64,000 nt of DNA from positions 3,322-67,321 of IMG/VR virus record IMGVR_UViG_3300042301_002383; one strand, 5' to 3'. The stretch's first letter is position 1; every line of letters starts with the position of its first letter. Of the stretch, positions 35,508 through 44,805 are shown piece after piece. The notes beneath the pieces are model-generated. The model made no database searches. It was not told the DNA's origin and saw nothing but the letters and a program-made list of their open reading frames with translations. This DNA is from a virus (Duplodnaviria > Heunggongvirae > Uroviricota > Caudoviricetes). The translations under genes were made by a program, and so were the position numbers.

Positions 35508-35551
35508 TTATATTTTATGCAGAAAGATAAATTTTCGTTTTGATATTGTAA

Positions 35552-35582
35552 AGTACCACAAAAAAAATCCCCCAAATTTCTT
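35552..35582 (-). terminator. rho-independent terminator (copy 2 of repeated module)
   Basis: TCCCCCAAA-tttc-TTTGGGGGA; minus strand followed by TTTTTTTT. Confidence 0.7.
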
Positions 35583-35638
35583 TGGGGGACTAACTGAAAC
35601 CCTACGTAGGTCAGACCTTGGAAATTACCAAGGAGAGG

Positions 35639-36973
35639 TTATTTTCTTTTTATTTCTTTCATGATGGTTGATACTAATTTAGTTATTGTATCTTCATTCA
35701 TTCTTTGTGTGATATCACTTCTATCCACAACACTTCTTGATTCTAATTCTTCGGTAACATCCATTGATAAAATATCTCCCTTAACTTTGTTTAAACATTT
35801 AACCAATGCTTCCACACATTCACTATATTGTAATGGATTACCCGCACATAAAAATGGTTCGGAGGCTTCGGTACATGTAAAATTCTTATCTTTTTGTCTA
35901 TCGTTACCAGAAATTCTCATTTGGTCTTTTAATTTCTTACCAATTAAAGTACTGAAATCAACTGTCCACTCATATTTTGAATTACCATCATTTAATATTC
36001 TTTCAACTCCTCTAATAGAAATACTACTTGAAACCGCAACATCTCTATCTTCAGGACGATATCCTCTTTTTGCCAATTTTAGTAATGGTGTTAACGGATC
36101 ATTTTTATAATTTAAATCCATATTCTCTGTCGGTCTTAGTGCGTCCCAGTTAGCACCATGATTGTATTGGCGAGGCATGTGAGTTGTTAATATATCCACA
36201 GTTGGTGCATCACCATATAATCTATCTTCATTTGCTTGTGCAAAATCTGCAATGTTCAAATAAAAATCATAGTTGTGACCACCAAAATGAATTATATTAT
36301 TAGAGACTGTACTGTGTCTATCGATTGCCGCCTTTTGTCCTTTAAACATTTGGTCAGGCATTTTTAGTGGAGGAAATCCAGATTCAATTAACTTATCATT
36401 TACTTCTTGGTTAATTAAAATTTTACTAACTATTGGATTAAAACTTCTTAATATCTTTTCTCTATCACTCGTTGGTCCAGAATCTTTAGTTTCAAAACTT
36501 AAATTAGTTTTTTGTCTAAGACTAAGTGCTTTAGGTGAAGGTTTAGCTTTACCTGGTTCAAGAGGGTCATGATGAACTTTATTCATTTGAATAATATGTA
36601 CCCTATCTCCCATTTCTTTTTGAGCCCACTCAAAAAATTTAGGATTAGCCGCCCTTAGTTCTTCTTCAGTAATTGGTACTAACCCTGTTGGGATTACCGC
36701 AGTCCTTTCACCTTGTGGGTCCTTTGTTGGACTATAAATCCAAACATCAACCGGTGGCATATCTTTAGGTTGTGTACCAATTGGGGGTTTTTGGAAACGA
36801 TAAGACTTTGTAACAGATCTTTTCTCAAATCTTTGTCTTTCTGCTCTCTCTTCGGGTGTTTCGTCCCAAGGATTCTTTTCCTCTCTACCCGGATTATATT
36901 TTGACATTTCATCCATTTCAAGGGATGATTCGTTTAATTTAGCCAATAAATCTTTCTTTAATATTTCTTTCAT
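35639..36973 (-). CDS. hypothetical protein
   Basis: 444-aa ORF, charged N-terminal third. Confidence 0.6.
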   Translation of the reverse strand: MKEILKKDLLAKLNESSLEMDEMSKYNPGREEKNPWDETPEERAERQRFEKRSVTKSYRFQKPPIGTQPKDMPPVDVWIYSPTKDPQGERTAVIPTGLVPITEEELRAANPKFFEWAQKEMGDRVHIIQMNKVHHDPLEPGKAKPSPKALSLRQKTNLSFETKDSGPTSDREKILRSFNPIVSKILINQEVNDKLIESGFPPLKMPDQMFKGQKAAIDRHSTVSNNIIHFGGHNYDFYLNIADFAQANEDRLYGDAPTVDILTTHMPRQYNHGANWDALRPTENMDLNYKNDPLTPLLKLAKRGYRPEDRDVAVSSSISIRGVERILNDGNSKYEWTVDFSTLIGKKLKDQMRISGNDRQKDKNFTCTEASEPFLCAGNPLQYSECVEALVKCLNKVKGDILSMDVTEELESRSVVDRSDITQRMNEDTITKLVSTIMKEIKRK

Positions 36974-37014
36974 TTGATTGTAGATTTCTTATATGTATAT
37001 AAATACTCGGATTA

Positions 37015-37482
37015 TTACAATTGGAACCACTCTGGAGTATTTCTACCTTTCCATACACAGAATCCTTTTTTGTCCCCAATGTAATAATTGCGATAAGATT
37101 GGATTGTGTCTCCATAAACCTTAAATTCTTCAGGCATTGCAAGTGCGGGTGGTGTAAACTCTAAGTCTTTTATTTTGGGTCTATGATAAGCACACCATTC
37201 AATTATGTCTTGGGTTTTGTGACGTTTTCCATAACGGTAAGTGTATTCCTGACATAGGTTAAATCCTAAATCAACTAACCAAATATAGTTTTGTAAATCT
37301 TCTCTAACCCATTTAGAACATGGGTGATTCTTGTGTGATAGTTTATATGGTGCCTCTCCATTGGTTGCCCAATGTGCTCCACAAAGTAATTGGGCGGTTT
37401 CCAATATCATTTTAACAACGTGTTTATCGTTATGATATTGTGCACATAACTTGGGGTTCCAATCTAAAAAGAAAATGTTCAT
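37015..37482 (-). CDS. hypothetical protein
   Basis: 155 aa; conserved-looking N-terminus FLDWNPKLCAQYHNDKHVVKMILETAQLL, not assignable. Confidence 0.55.
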   Translation of the reverse strand: MNIFFLDWNPKLCAQYHNDKHVVKMILETAQLLCGAHWATNGEAPYKLSHKNHPCSKWVREDLQNYIWLVDLGFNLCQEYTYRYGKRHKTQDIIEWCAYHRPKIKDLEFTPPALAMPEEFKVYGDTIQSYRNYYIGDKKGFCVWKGRNTPEWFQL

Positions 37483-37483
37483 A

Positions 37484-37717
37484 TTATTCGTATGTATCGT
37501 GAAAGAATTTTCTAACCTTTGAACCTAACTCCATATCGTTGGGGTATTCATTAATGAAACGTTTTGGTATTGTGATGTGTTCTCTGTCAGTACCTTTTAA
37601 ATAACATTCGGCACATAATTGTCCAGCACCTTCAATATAACCTGTTCTGTAATCAACGTGAGTGTTAATATCTACCGTGGTTTCTTTACCACACAATATA
37701 CAAATTTCGTTTGGCAT
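37484..37717 (-). CDS. small Cys-rich (zinc-ribbon-like) protein
   Basis: 77 aa; CILCGKE...CAECY. Confidence 0.5.
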   Translation of the reverse strand: MPNEICILCGKETTVDINTHVDYRTGYIEGAGQLCAECYLKGTDREHITIPKRFINEYPNDMELGSKVRKFFHDTYE

Positions 37718-37786
37718 ATAATAGTTTTATATACTAAATATATAAAACTTATTTGATAAATCCAAGAAAATAATGGAATAATCTTA

Positions 37787-39253
37787 TTAACTAACCGTTG
37801 ACGCAATTCGATTAACTTCACCCGCAATTTTATTAATTACAGGTTCATAGTTTGCAGTTGCATATCTATTACCGTCCTTGTTAACAAAGTTTTGAACTAA
37901 GTCATTTGCGGTTTTACCACCAGTTAGGTAATTCTTAGCAATTAAATTGTAATAAGTGTTAATACCACTTTGTACGTCGTTATGTTGAACATTTGCCCCA
38001 CTGTCGGTATTTCCAACGTTGAATGGGTTTCTCGTTCTAATAGGTCTACTCTGTGGGTCTTTATTACCAATTCCACCTTCAGCGGCTAATTGAGCTAATG
38101 CTAATTCGGGTGGGACATACTTTCTAAACTTAACAAAGGCTCCCTTAGCCCCTTCCGCCATCATTTCACCTGTAATATTTAAAAGGTTCGGTTGTCTACT
38201 ATCAATAAATTTTTGAGATATTTGAGCGTATTTCCTATAACCATCATCTGTGTTTAAATCTAAATCGGTAAACGATGCACCACCTCCAGTAAGAACCGCA
38301 GCGTCGATATATTTTTTAAGTTCTTCTGACTTAACACCCCTTTCTTTTAACAACTCAATTAGTTTAGTTAACATTTCGGGGGTTGCTTTAACCATTGTTT
38401 CAGATGGTGCAGAACCTGAAACTCCTTCTTTATTAGATACGTGTAAATGATTGTAGTGGTTACCTCCGGTGTCTGTTTGCCATAATACTGCTTTTTGATT
38501 ACCGCCCTCAGCATTTAATGAATAACCTATTTTAACTAACTCGTTCTTCACTCTTTCACCTAACTCCCTAAATCTTGGGTTACCATTAGATTTGTTTGAT
38601 GCACCACCCGCACCGATACCATCTAATATCGCAATATCAACGGCAGTATTTGTAGCGTGTCTACTCGGTTTTCCATTTATGGTTAGATTTCCATGTCCGG
38701 ATTTTGCAGTTGTTATTGTGACAACCACACCAGCATTGGATGCCGCTGTCTGTAAATCATCTAATAGTGGTTGATTTATTTGATCATTTTGAGTTGCGTC
38801 ATTATCAATTTTTACGTTAGAATAATTAGTATTTCCCAATCTAACGAACGCCTCAGAAATTGGGGTTTTAGTACCACCACTTACTTTTTCATTTATAAAC
38901 TTACCAACTGCATTTGCAGTTTCGGGTCCAAATAAACCATCAACACCATGTCTTGGTAATTCATACCCTAATAACATTAAACCTATTTGCATAGACTCAA
39001 CTTCTTTTTGGAATGACATTCCACCACTTTGTTGTTGACTTAATCCATTTTGTGATGCCTTTTCTAATGATAAAAAGAAATCATTCACATCAGTACTAAC
39101 CAAATCGGCTTTCTTTGGGTCATCAACCTTTTTTTCGTCCTTATTTAACCCAACTGATTTTAATATATTATCTAAAAATCCCTCTTCAATTAAGGTTTTA
39201 CCATAAGTAAGGGTATGAATTCTTTTTAAATCTTCTTGTAACGACTTCTTCAT
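37787..39253 (-). CDS. peptidoglycan hydrolase: PG-binding domain + LAS/M15 peptidase domain
   Basis: 488 aa; PG_binding_1-like LMLLGYELPRHGVDGLFGPETANAV; M15/VanY-type motifs SRHATNTAVD and HYNHLHVS (H-x-H). Confidence 0.65.
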   Translation of the reverse strand: MKKSLQEDLKRIHTLTYGKTLIEEGFLDNILKSVGLNKDEKKVDDPKKADLVSTDVNDFFLSLEKASQNGLSQQQSGGMSFQKEVESMQIGLMLLGYELPRHGVDGLFGPETANAVGKFINEKVSGGTKTPISEAFVRLGNTNYSNVKIDNDATQNDQINQPLLDDLQTAASNAGVVVTITTAKSGHGNLTINGKPSRHATNTAVDIAILDGIGAGGASNKSNGNPRFRELGERVKNELVKIGYSLNAEGGNQKAVLWQTDTGGNHYNHLHVSNKEGVSGSAPSETMVKATPEMLTKLIELLKERGVKSEELKKYIDAAVLTGGGASFTDLDLNTDDGYRKYAQISQKFIDSRQPNLLNITGEMMAEGAKGAFVKFRKYVPPELALAQLAAEGGIGNKDPQSRPIRTRNPFNVGNTDSGANVQHNDVQSGINTYYNLIAKNYLTGGKTANDLVQNFVNKDGNRYATANYEPVINKIAGEVNRIASTVS

Positions 39254-39274
39254 ATCATTATAAATATAACAAAA

Positions 39275-39670
39275 CTATACTTTTATCCATTTTTGTGTTG
39301 AATCTAACTTAAAGGACCCAACATATTTTTTATTCCATTGATTGGGGTTAATCAATGATAAAAATGTACTATCATTTTCTCTCACATATAAGTGATATAT
39401 TTCCCCCATTACTGGTATAAATGAGTATGTGGACTGATAGACTAATTCGTTCCAATTAACCTCATCGATTAACTTTTGGAACTCCTCTTTTAACTCATCG
39501 TACCTTGATTTAAATTGTTTGTTGGCCACACCTGCTTGCATTTGTTTCCAACCACCAACATCCTCTAATTTAATTGCAGGAGCACCCTGATTACTACCAT
39601 AAGTTAATTCTCTTTGGTAGTACCCCTTCTCTTCATCCCATACAACTAAGTCAGGTTTCTTTTTAGCCAT
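39275..39670 (-). CDS. hypothetical protein
   Basis: 131-aa ORF. Confidence 0.5.
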   Translation of the reverse strand: MAKKKPDLVVWDEEKGYYQRELTYGSNQGAPAIKLEDVGGWKQMQAGVANKQFKSRYDELKEEFQKLIDEVNWNELVYQSTYSFIPVMGEIYHLYVRENDSTFLSLINPNQWNKKYVGSFKLDSTQKWIKV

Positions 39671-39837
39671 TACATGATTTGATTTTTATCATCTTCGTGG
39701 TCATCACCCCAATTAAGAAAATCATCACCCTTATAATCCGGATGGTTATTTTTCATGTAATCGATACCAACAACCCATCTCCAAGAAATCAACCCAACAA
39801 TAAAAAATATTATTCCAAAAATCGGTAAGTGTTCCAT
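39670..39837 (-). CDS. small membrane protein
   Basis: internal ATG (MEHLPIFGIIFFIVGLISW...) of track ORF 39670..39882, avoiding 44-nt overlap. Confidence 0.4.
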   Translation of the reverse strand: MEHLPIFGIIFFIVGLISWRWVVGIDYMKNNHPDYKGDDFLNWGDDHEDDKNQIM

Positions 39838-39838
39838 G

Positions 39839-40201
39839 TTATTTATTCTTTTTGTTATGTGCTTTAGGTTTACCATCTTCATCTAACAAAACAAAGATAA
39901 TTTTTTCTATTTTAATTATCGACTGTTTGGTGTTTTTATTTCTAACGTCACAACATAACGTTACTGATGTTGTTCCAAATTTAACCAAGTCCATACCAAA
40001 TTCAATTACATCACCAACCTTTGCAGTTGTTACGAAATCAATCTCAGACATTGCTTTGGTAACAATGTTTGGACTACCCAATTGACAGATTGCAAATATT
40101 GCTGCCTCTTCATCTATCCATTTCAATAGTTGTCCACCAAATAATGTTCCCCTCGGGTTTAAATCACCTGGTTTAATCAACTTTCGTGTCCTGTATATCA
40201 T
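39839..40201 (-). CDS. hotdog-fold acyl-CoA thioesterase (YciA-like)
   Basis: 120 aa; LNPRGTLFGGQLLKWIDEEAAIFA...SEIDFVTTAKVGDVIEF aligns with the YciA/4HBT signature. Confidence 0.7.
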   Translation of the reverse strand: MIYRTRKLIKPGDLNPRGTLFGGQLLKWIDEEAAIFAICQLGSPNIVTKAMSEIDFVTTAKVGDVIEFGMDLVKFGTTSVTLCCDVRNKNTKQSIIKIEKIIFVLLDEDGKPKAHNKKNK

Positions 40202-40793
40202 CAGTTAAAAACTTTAAAATTTTCTCTTTAATACCACTCTGCTTAATTCCCTCCGAATCTAACGGAGTCTCCACAAAATTATCTAATCCCCATTCATGTT
40301 CGTATGGTACACTATAGTCCAAACCAGATTTCCCCATTCTCAAATCATCGATAGATACCCAATGAGTTATTTCGGGATGGTCAACAAGATACTGTTTGAT
40401 TTCAATAGTTCTGGTTTGTTCTAACTCCCAAGATCGGGACCAAATAAAACCAGCAGGATATGCATCAATATACCAAGTACATTGACTTAAGTTTGGGGTG
40501 AGAGCTATAGGTTTCTTTTTGATTCCTTGTGACTCATAATACTCACCCATCTCCTCAACAGTGGCCCATCTTTTCCAATCAGATGAGACAACAATTTCAG
40601 CATCAGTTTTTTCCAATATTTCATTTAACAACTTAATAGCTTTCTTATTAAAATTATCAAATCTCATCTCAACAGGCATCTCTAAAATACCTTGACTCAT
40701 CTTACGTCCAAACTCTTTTTGTTTCTTGTGTCTACCTCCCCATTCGGTGGATAAACATATCACCCCATCGTGATCTAAAAATATTACTTTCAT
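40173..40793 (-). CDS. HAD-superfamily phosphatase (HAD-IIIA / GmhB-like?)
   Basis: 206 aa; N-terminal VIFLDHDGVI (motif I DxDG); subfamily tentative. Confidence 0.5.
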   Translation of the reverse strand: MKVIFLDHDGVICLSTEWGGRHKKQKEFGRKMSQGILEMPVEMRFDNFNKKAIKLLNEILEKTDAEIVVSSDWKRWATVEEMGEYYESQGIKKKPIALTPNLSQCTWYIDAYPAGFIWSRSWELEQTRTIEIKQYLVDHPEITHWVSIDDLRMGKSGLDYSVPYEHEWGLDNFVETPLDSEGIKQSGIKEKILKFLTDDIQDTKVD

Positions 40794-40839
40794 ATAATGT
40801 TATTAACCTATACAAATATACGAAATATTTTTAATTATA

Positions 40840-41265
40840 TTAAGAGTTTTCGTTAATATATTGCAATTGTGGAGACCAAGTACCTTCAGATATTACCGTT
40901 GGTTTACTGTTCCTATCAATCATTACCCACTCCACATTAACAATACCCCAAGGTTCAAATTGTTCTAAAACATCTGACAATGTGAAACATTTACAACTAT
41001 AAATGTCAAATTGAGCCATTGCCGGTTGACCTTGATCCCAAATATGTATTGATGAGTGTGATGTTGCGAGAGTTACAGTTCCCGTTAATCCTTCATTACC
41101 CGGATAATCCACGTAGACACTCGTCGGTCCACCAACCACTTCCATCTTAACTTTATGAACTAAATCAATGAACCATTTATTGAGAACATCCACCTCTTTT
41201 GGTGGGTTTGTAATCCAAATCTTCATTAGAAGATGTTGGTGATACGGTACGAATTCTTCCTGCAT
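40840..41265 (-). CDS. pyruvoyl-dependent decarboxylase, S-adenosylmethionine decarboxylase (SpeH/class 1)-like
   Basis: 141 aa; VTLATSHSSIHIWDQG aligns with the SpeH autoprocessing region VVISESHLTIHTWPE (serine retained); substrate cannot be inferred. Confidence 0.6.
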   Translation of the reverse strand: MQEEFVPYHQHLLMKIWITNPPKEVDVLNKWFIDLVHKVKMEVVGGPTSVYVDYPGNEGLTGTVTLATSHSSIHIWDQGQPAMAQFDIYSCKCFTLSDVLEQFEPWGIVNVEWVMIDRNSKPTVISEGTWSPQLQYINENS

Positions 41266-41323
41266 TAATGTATTTTTTACTACACATATATATCAGGAAA
41301 ATTGTATTTTTCTAAGTTCTATT

Positions 41324-41737
41324 TTATTTAATTAACCAAGATGATGATTGAATTTTATCCCCTAAACCGTCAATCAATTTTATACCTAACCAATCACATA
41401 CTTGTCTCTCAGGGATAGCATCATTAAGTTGGTCCCCACCATTTGCAAACATTAGTTCGTTTGTTGAATCTTCTAAAGAATGAATGATTCCGATTGTTTG
41501 AGAAACAGTTCTATCCGTATCTACAGATAAGAATACCCTGTCAACCATTTTTAGATTTTGAATGATGAACATTCTCTCGTCTTCATCCTGAAACTCTTTA
41601 CTACCCTTTAACTCTCTCTGCTTGTCATTGTTAACAATGACGTAGAGTTTATCACCAAGTTCTTTGGACTTATTGAAATAATCAATGTGTCCTTTATGAA
41701 GAGGGTTAAAGTATCCACTTACAATCACAATTTTCAT
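41324..41737 (-). CDS. cytidylyl-/adenylyl-transferase (TagD / RfaE domain-II-like)
   Basis: 137 aa; (H/T)xGH motif in IVIVSGYFNPLHKGHIDYF plus ANGGDQ. Confidence 0.7.
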   Translation of the reverse strand: MKIVIVSGYFNPLHKGHIDYFNKSKELGDKLYVIVNNDKQRELKGSKEFQDEDERMFIIQNLKMVDRVFLSVDTDRTVSQTIGIIHSLEDSTNELMFANGGDQLNDAIPERQVCDWLGIKLIDGLGDKIQSSSWLIK

Positions 41738-42417
41738 TTATTAAACTTTTTAAAGTTTTTGATAAATTCTTTTTCGTACTTCTTGAGTTCCTTTGTGTCT
41801 AACCCATTATATAAACCAGTTGACATGAAAGCGTTAATTTCATCATCAATAATCTTCTTATCATTAACATAACCCATTTTAATAAGTTTCTTTTTTAACT
41901 TCTCATAATGGGTTGGTTTAATATTGTTAATTAAACTATTAACTATTTTTCTGTATTCCTTATTGGTAAAGTATAAACCATGTGCAATTTCATGATCCAT
42001 AGTTTTCAAATCTTTAGAACTCGCACCAATCAAATACCAATCACATCTTGTTCCATCATTTTTATTTTGTGAATCAATTGCGCAATAAAAATAAATGTCG
42101 TTCATAATTTGATCGTACTCTGTGTCTTTACAGAATATATGATTTGCTCTCTGCATAATATTACTTGGGATATTATAACCAGACCAATCGTCAGGATATG
42201 TGAACGTTCTTTTCTTCCATGCTAATTTATAATGTCTCATGTATTCCATCCATGTGAATGGTTTACCTCTGAACTTCTTATATGGTGATTCGTAGAATTC
42301 TTGATATCTACAAAATAACATGGCTCTATCATAATCATCATCAACAGTTACACAATATATTCTTGGTTTAACTTCTTTAATTACACCTTTAACTAATGGG
42401 TGCTTTATTTTTTTCAT
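41734..42417 (-). CDS. hypothetical protein with HExxH motif
   Basis: 227 aa; MDHEIAHGLY. Confidence 0.5.
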   Translation of the reverse strand: MKKIKHPLVKGVIKEVKPRIYCVTVDDDYDRAMLFCRYQEFYESPYKKFRGKPFTWMEYMRHYKLAWKKRTFTYPDDWSGYNIPSNIMQRANHIFCKDTEYDQIMNDIYFYCAIDSQNKNDGTRCDWYLIGASSKDLKTMDHEIAHGLYFTNKEYRKIVNSLINNIKPTHYEKLKKKLIKMGYVNDKKIIDDEINAFMSTGLYNGLDTKELKKYEKEFIKNFKKFNK

Positions 42418-42622
42418 AAATTTTGTTTTTACTAAACCAAATCATATGTGTTATTAATATTGCCAAATTAACAAACATAGTTGGGTTATTTTGTATTAGA
42501 TATCCGTAGTATAACCACATAACACAAGCGATTGCATTTACCAATCTTAGTTTCCACATTGTTTTAAATGTCATTGACAATAACACAACCGCAGACGATG
42601 CCCAACCCAGTAATTCAATCAT
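42389..42622 (-). CDS. small membrane protein
   Basis: 77 aa, 2-3 TM helices. Confidence 0.45.
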   Translation of the reverse strand: MIELLGWASSAVVLLSMTFKTMWKLRLVNAIACVMWLYYGYLIQNNPTMFVNLAILITHMIWFSKNKIYEKNKAPIS

Positions 42623-42706
42623 CTTTAATTTTATTAATTTGTCTAATCATATCGATTGTTCCAAATACGGATATAACCGCAAGAAACACAAATCCTAAAA
42701 TCACTA

Positions 42707-43321
42707 TCATATACAACTTTTTAATATTTCTAAACATAAGTCCGCCGGTATCTTACTTCTTTCGTAAGCATTGGCTCGACCCTGAGTTCCTGTTCTACTA
42801 CCTCTTGGTGCAGCAACGTGACAAGGATCACCGTTCTTACACATTGGTTTTGGTGTCCACATAATACTGTTCGTCCATATGTCAGTTGGTTTCATTCTTT
42901 CATCACCATATTGACAATAGGTTACCGATTGTTTATTTAACCCTTTAACAACATCCAATTTACGTAGAACTCCTCTTGGATTTTCCATGAACCAAAATGT
43001 TGGTTGGAAGTGATTAATTATTTCTAATGTCTTCTTAACTAACTCAATACCCAACTTCGCAGTTTCTGTTTTAGGTATGTAAGCACCTTTGCCACCAGAC
43101 CAATGATGTCCGATTGCGGCAACACTAAATCCGGTACACGGCGGTGATGCCCAAATTATATCTGGTTGAAACGGAACTTTGGTAACATCAAAATCTAATA
43201 TACTAATTGGGTAATGAATACCTTCAAACTCAATTAAATCGGATGAGAATACCTCCATCCCTAAACTTTCAGCAATCTTTCCAACAGAACGACTACCAGC
43301 AAATAATTCTAACACTTTCAT
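42707..43321 (-). CDS. small C5-cytosine methyltransferase-like protein (no obvious target-recognition domain)
   Basis: 204 aa; motif I LELFAGSRSVG, motif IV ASPPCTGFS, motif VI FMENPRGV. Confidence 0.6.
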   Translation of the reverse strand: MKVLELFAGSRSVGKIAESLGMEVFSSDLIEFEGIHYPISILDFDVTKVPFQPDIIWASPPCTGFSVAAIGHHWSGGKGAYIPKTETAKLGIELVKKTLEIINHFQPTFWFMENPRGVLRKLDVVKGLNKQSVTYCQYGDERMKPTDIWTNSIMWTPKPMCKNGDPCHVAAPRGSRTGTQGRANAYERSKIPADLCLEILKSCI

Positions 43322-43602
43322 TAACGTAAGTGTTTAAATTTGTTCGCAAGGTTGTTGATGAAATTTTCTTCTTCAATTGATAACAAATCTCTACACTTTG
43401 CAAGACGTTCTAAATTCTCCCAAAATATTTGATCATTGATGTTTGGTCGACGAACACCGTTGTTCTTACTTGTGGTTTCTTCTGAAGGTTGAATATGTCC
43501 ATCTTCTTCTAAAATCTCAACTAATCTTTTTAATTCTCTTTGATTACATGAGTCAATAAACTCACTTGGGTCGATGTCAACCTCAGCTGTAAATTCCGGC
43601 AT
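43321..43602 (-). CDS. hypothetical protein
   Basis: 93-aa ORF. Confidence 0.5.
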   Translation of the reverse strand: MPEFTAEVDIDPSEFIDSCNQRELKRLVEILEEDGHIQPSEETTSKNNGVRRPNINDQIFWENLERLAKCRDLLSIEEENFINNLANKFKHLR

Positions 43603-43658
43603 AATATTATGTTTTATTGTTTAATAAAAATATACGAAAAATTTTTGAAATAAAAAAA

Positions 43659-43982
43659 TTAAAGAGCGAAACTCTCACCACAACCACAAGTACGTGATGC
43701 GTTAGGATTTATAAATTGAAAACCCTTTCCGTTTAATCCATCTGAAAATTCTAATTCGGTACCAAAAAGATAAAGTAATGATTTATTGTCTATTAAAATT
43801 TGTACCCCTTTATCTTCCGAAAGTGTGTCCGATGGTTGTTGTTCCGTATCAAATGAAAGATCATATGACAACCCACTACATCCACCTCCTTTAACCGCCA
43901 CTCTTACAAATGGGGTTTGGAATCCACTTTCTTCAATTAGTGACTTTAATTTCTTCGCCGCTGTTTCTGATACTGTTACCAT
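43659..43982 (-). CDS. iscA: A-type Fe-S cluster carrier (IscA/SufA/HesB family)
   Basis: 107 aa; VKGGGCSGLSY and C-terminal CGCGESF. Confidence 0.8.
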   Translation of the reverse strand: MVTVSETAAKKLKSLIEESGFQTPFVRVAVKGGGCSGLSYDLSFDTEQQPSDTLSEDKGVQILIDNKSLLYLFGTELEFSDGLNGKGFQFINPNASRTCGCGESFAL

Positions 43983-44392
43983 TAAATGTGAGTTTCCCCA
44001 AAGATTAGTTGTTCTAATCCTTGTTTTTGTCTATAATCGTTTATTGCTGATTTAATTGCATCTTCCGCCAATACCGAACAATGTATTTTTACCGGTGGTA
44101 AATTTAATTCTTCAACCAAATCCATATTATCAATGGTTACCGCCTCATCTAAACTCTTACCTTTTAACCATTCTGTTGCTACGGAAGAAGATGCAATTGC
44201 TGAACCACAACCAAAGGTTTTGAATTTGGCGTCGGTTATAATATTGTCAACCACTTCAATTTGTAATCTCATTACATCACCACACTCAGGAGCACCGACT
44301 AACCCAGTACCAACGTTTGATTTAGACTTGTCTAATGTTCCTACGTTTTTAGGGTTTGAGTAGTGGTCCAAGACCTTATCTGAATATGCCAT
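43982..44392 (-). CDS. iscU: Fe-S cluster assembly scaffold IscU/NifU
   Basis: 136 aa; HYSNPKNVG, GAPECGDVM, FKTFGCGSAIASSS, HCSVLAEDAIKSAINDY; stop/start overlap with iscA (TAATG). Confidence 0.85.
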   Translation of the reverse strand: MAYSDKVLDHYSNPKNVGTLDKSKSNVGTGLVGAPECGDVMRLQIEVVDNIITDAKFKTFGCGSAIASSSVATEWLKGKSLDEAVTIDNMDLVEELNLPPVKIHCSVLAEDAIKSAINDYRQKQGLEQLIFGETHI

Positions 44393-44415
44393 AGTATTTG
44401 TTTATATGATAAATA

Positions 44416-44661
44416 TCAGTTAATTAGTTCATCAGTATTGATGTTATGGTCATCTAATATTTCGTGTATCTTTTCATACACCAATTCCAAAGCGTCATAT
44501 TTGTCAATTTCTTTACCCTCCATTGACCATTCTAAACCTTTTTTAGTGTTATGCACAATGTCCCATAAAGCCATTGCCATATCTAAAGATTTAACGGCTC
44601 TTTTGTGTGCCATAACATCATCCGGATCACTCAAATCGTATTCTAACGTTGCTTTCGCCAT
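44416..44661 (-). CDS. hypothetical protein
   Basis: 81-aa ORF. Confidence 0.5.
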   Translation of the reverse strand: MAKATLEYDLSDPDDVMAHKRAVKSLDMAMALWDIVHNTKKGLEWSMEGKEIDKYDALELVYEKIHEILDDHNINTDELIN

Positions 44662-44795
44662 AAGTCACTTAGTTTTTTAGTTGGTCGTTTAGTTCTATAT
44701 CCACCATCTTCCATTTCTTCTAAAAGTGGCGCTCTCCAAATCTCATATGCAATCCATACACCTGAAACAATTAATAATAATGCAAAATACTTCAT
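44643..44795 (-). CDS. possible 50-aa membrane peptide (MKYFALLLIVSGVWIAYEIW...)
   Basis: hand-translated, below ORF cutoff; approximate coordinates. Confidence 0.25.
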   Translation of the reverse strand: MKYFALLLIVSGVWIAYEIWRAPLLEEMEDGGYRTKRPTKKLSDLWRKQR

Positions 44796-44805
44796 ATGTT
44801 AATTT

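Noticed and set aside
37015-37482. Calling 37015..37482 a pyrimidine-dimer DNA glycosylase (T4 endonuclease V-like)
   Set aside because: The N-terminal CAQYHNDKHVVKMILETAQLL only loosely recalls the L.DQHL.AE.RE motif of that family, and I cannot align the catalytic N-terminus. Left as hypothetical.
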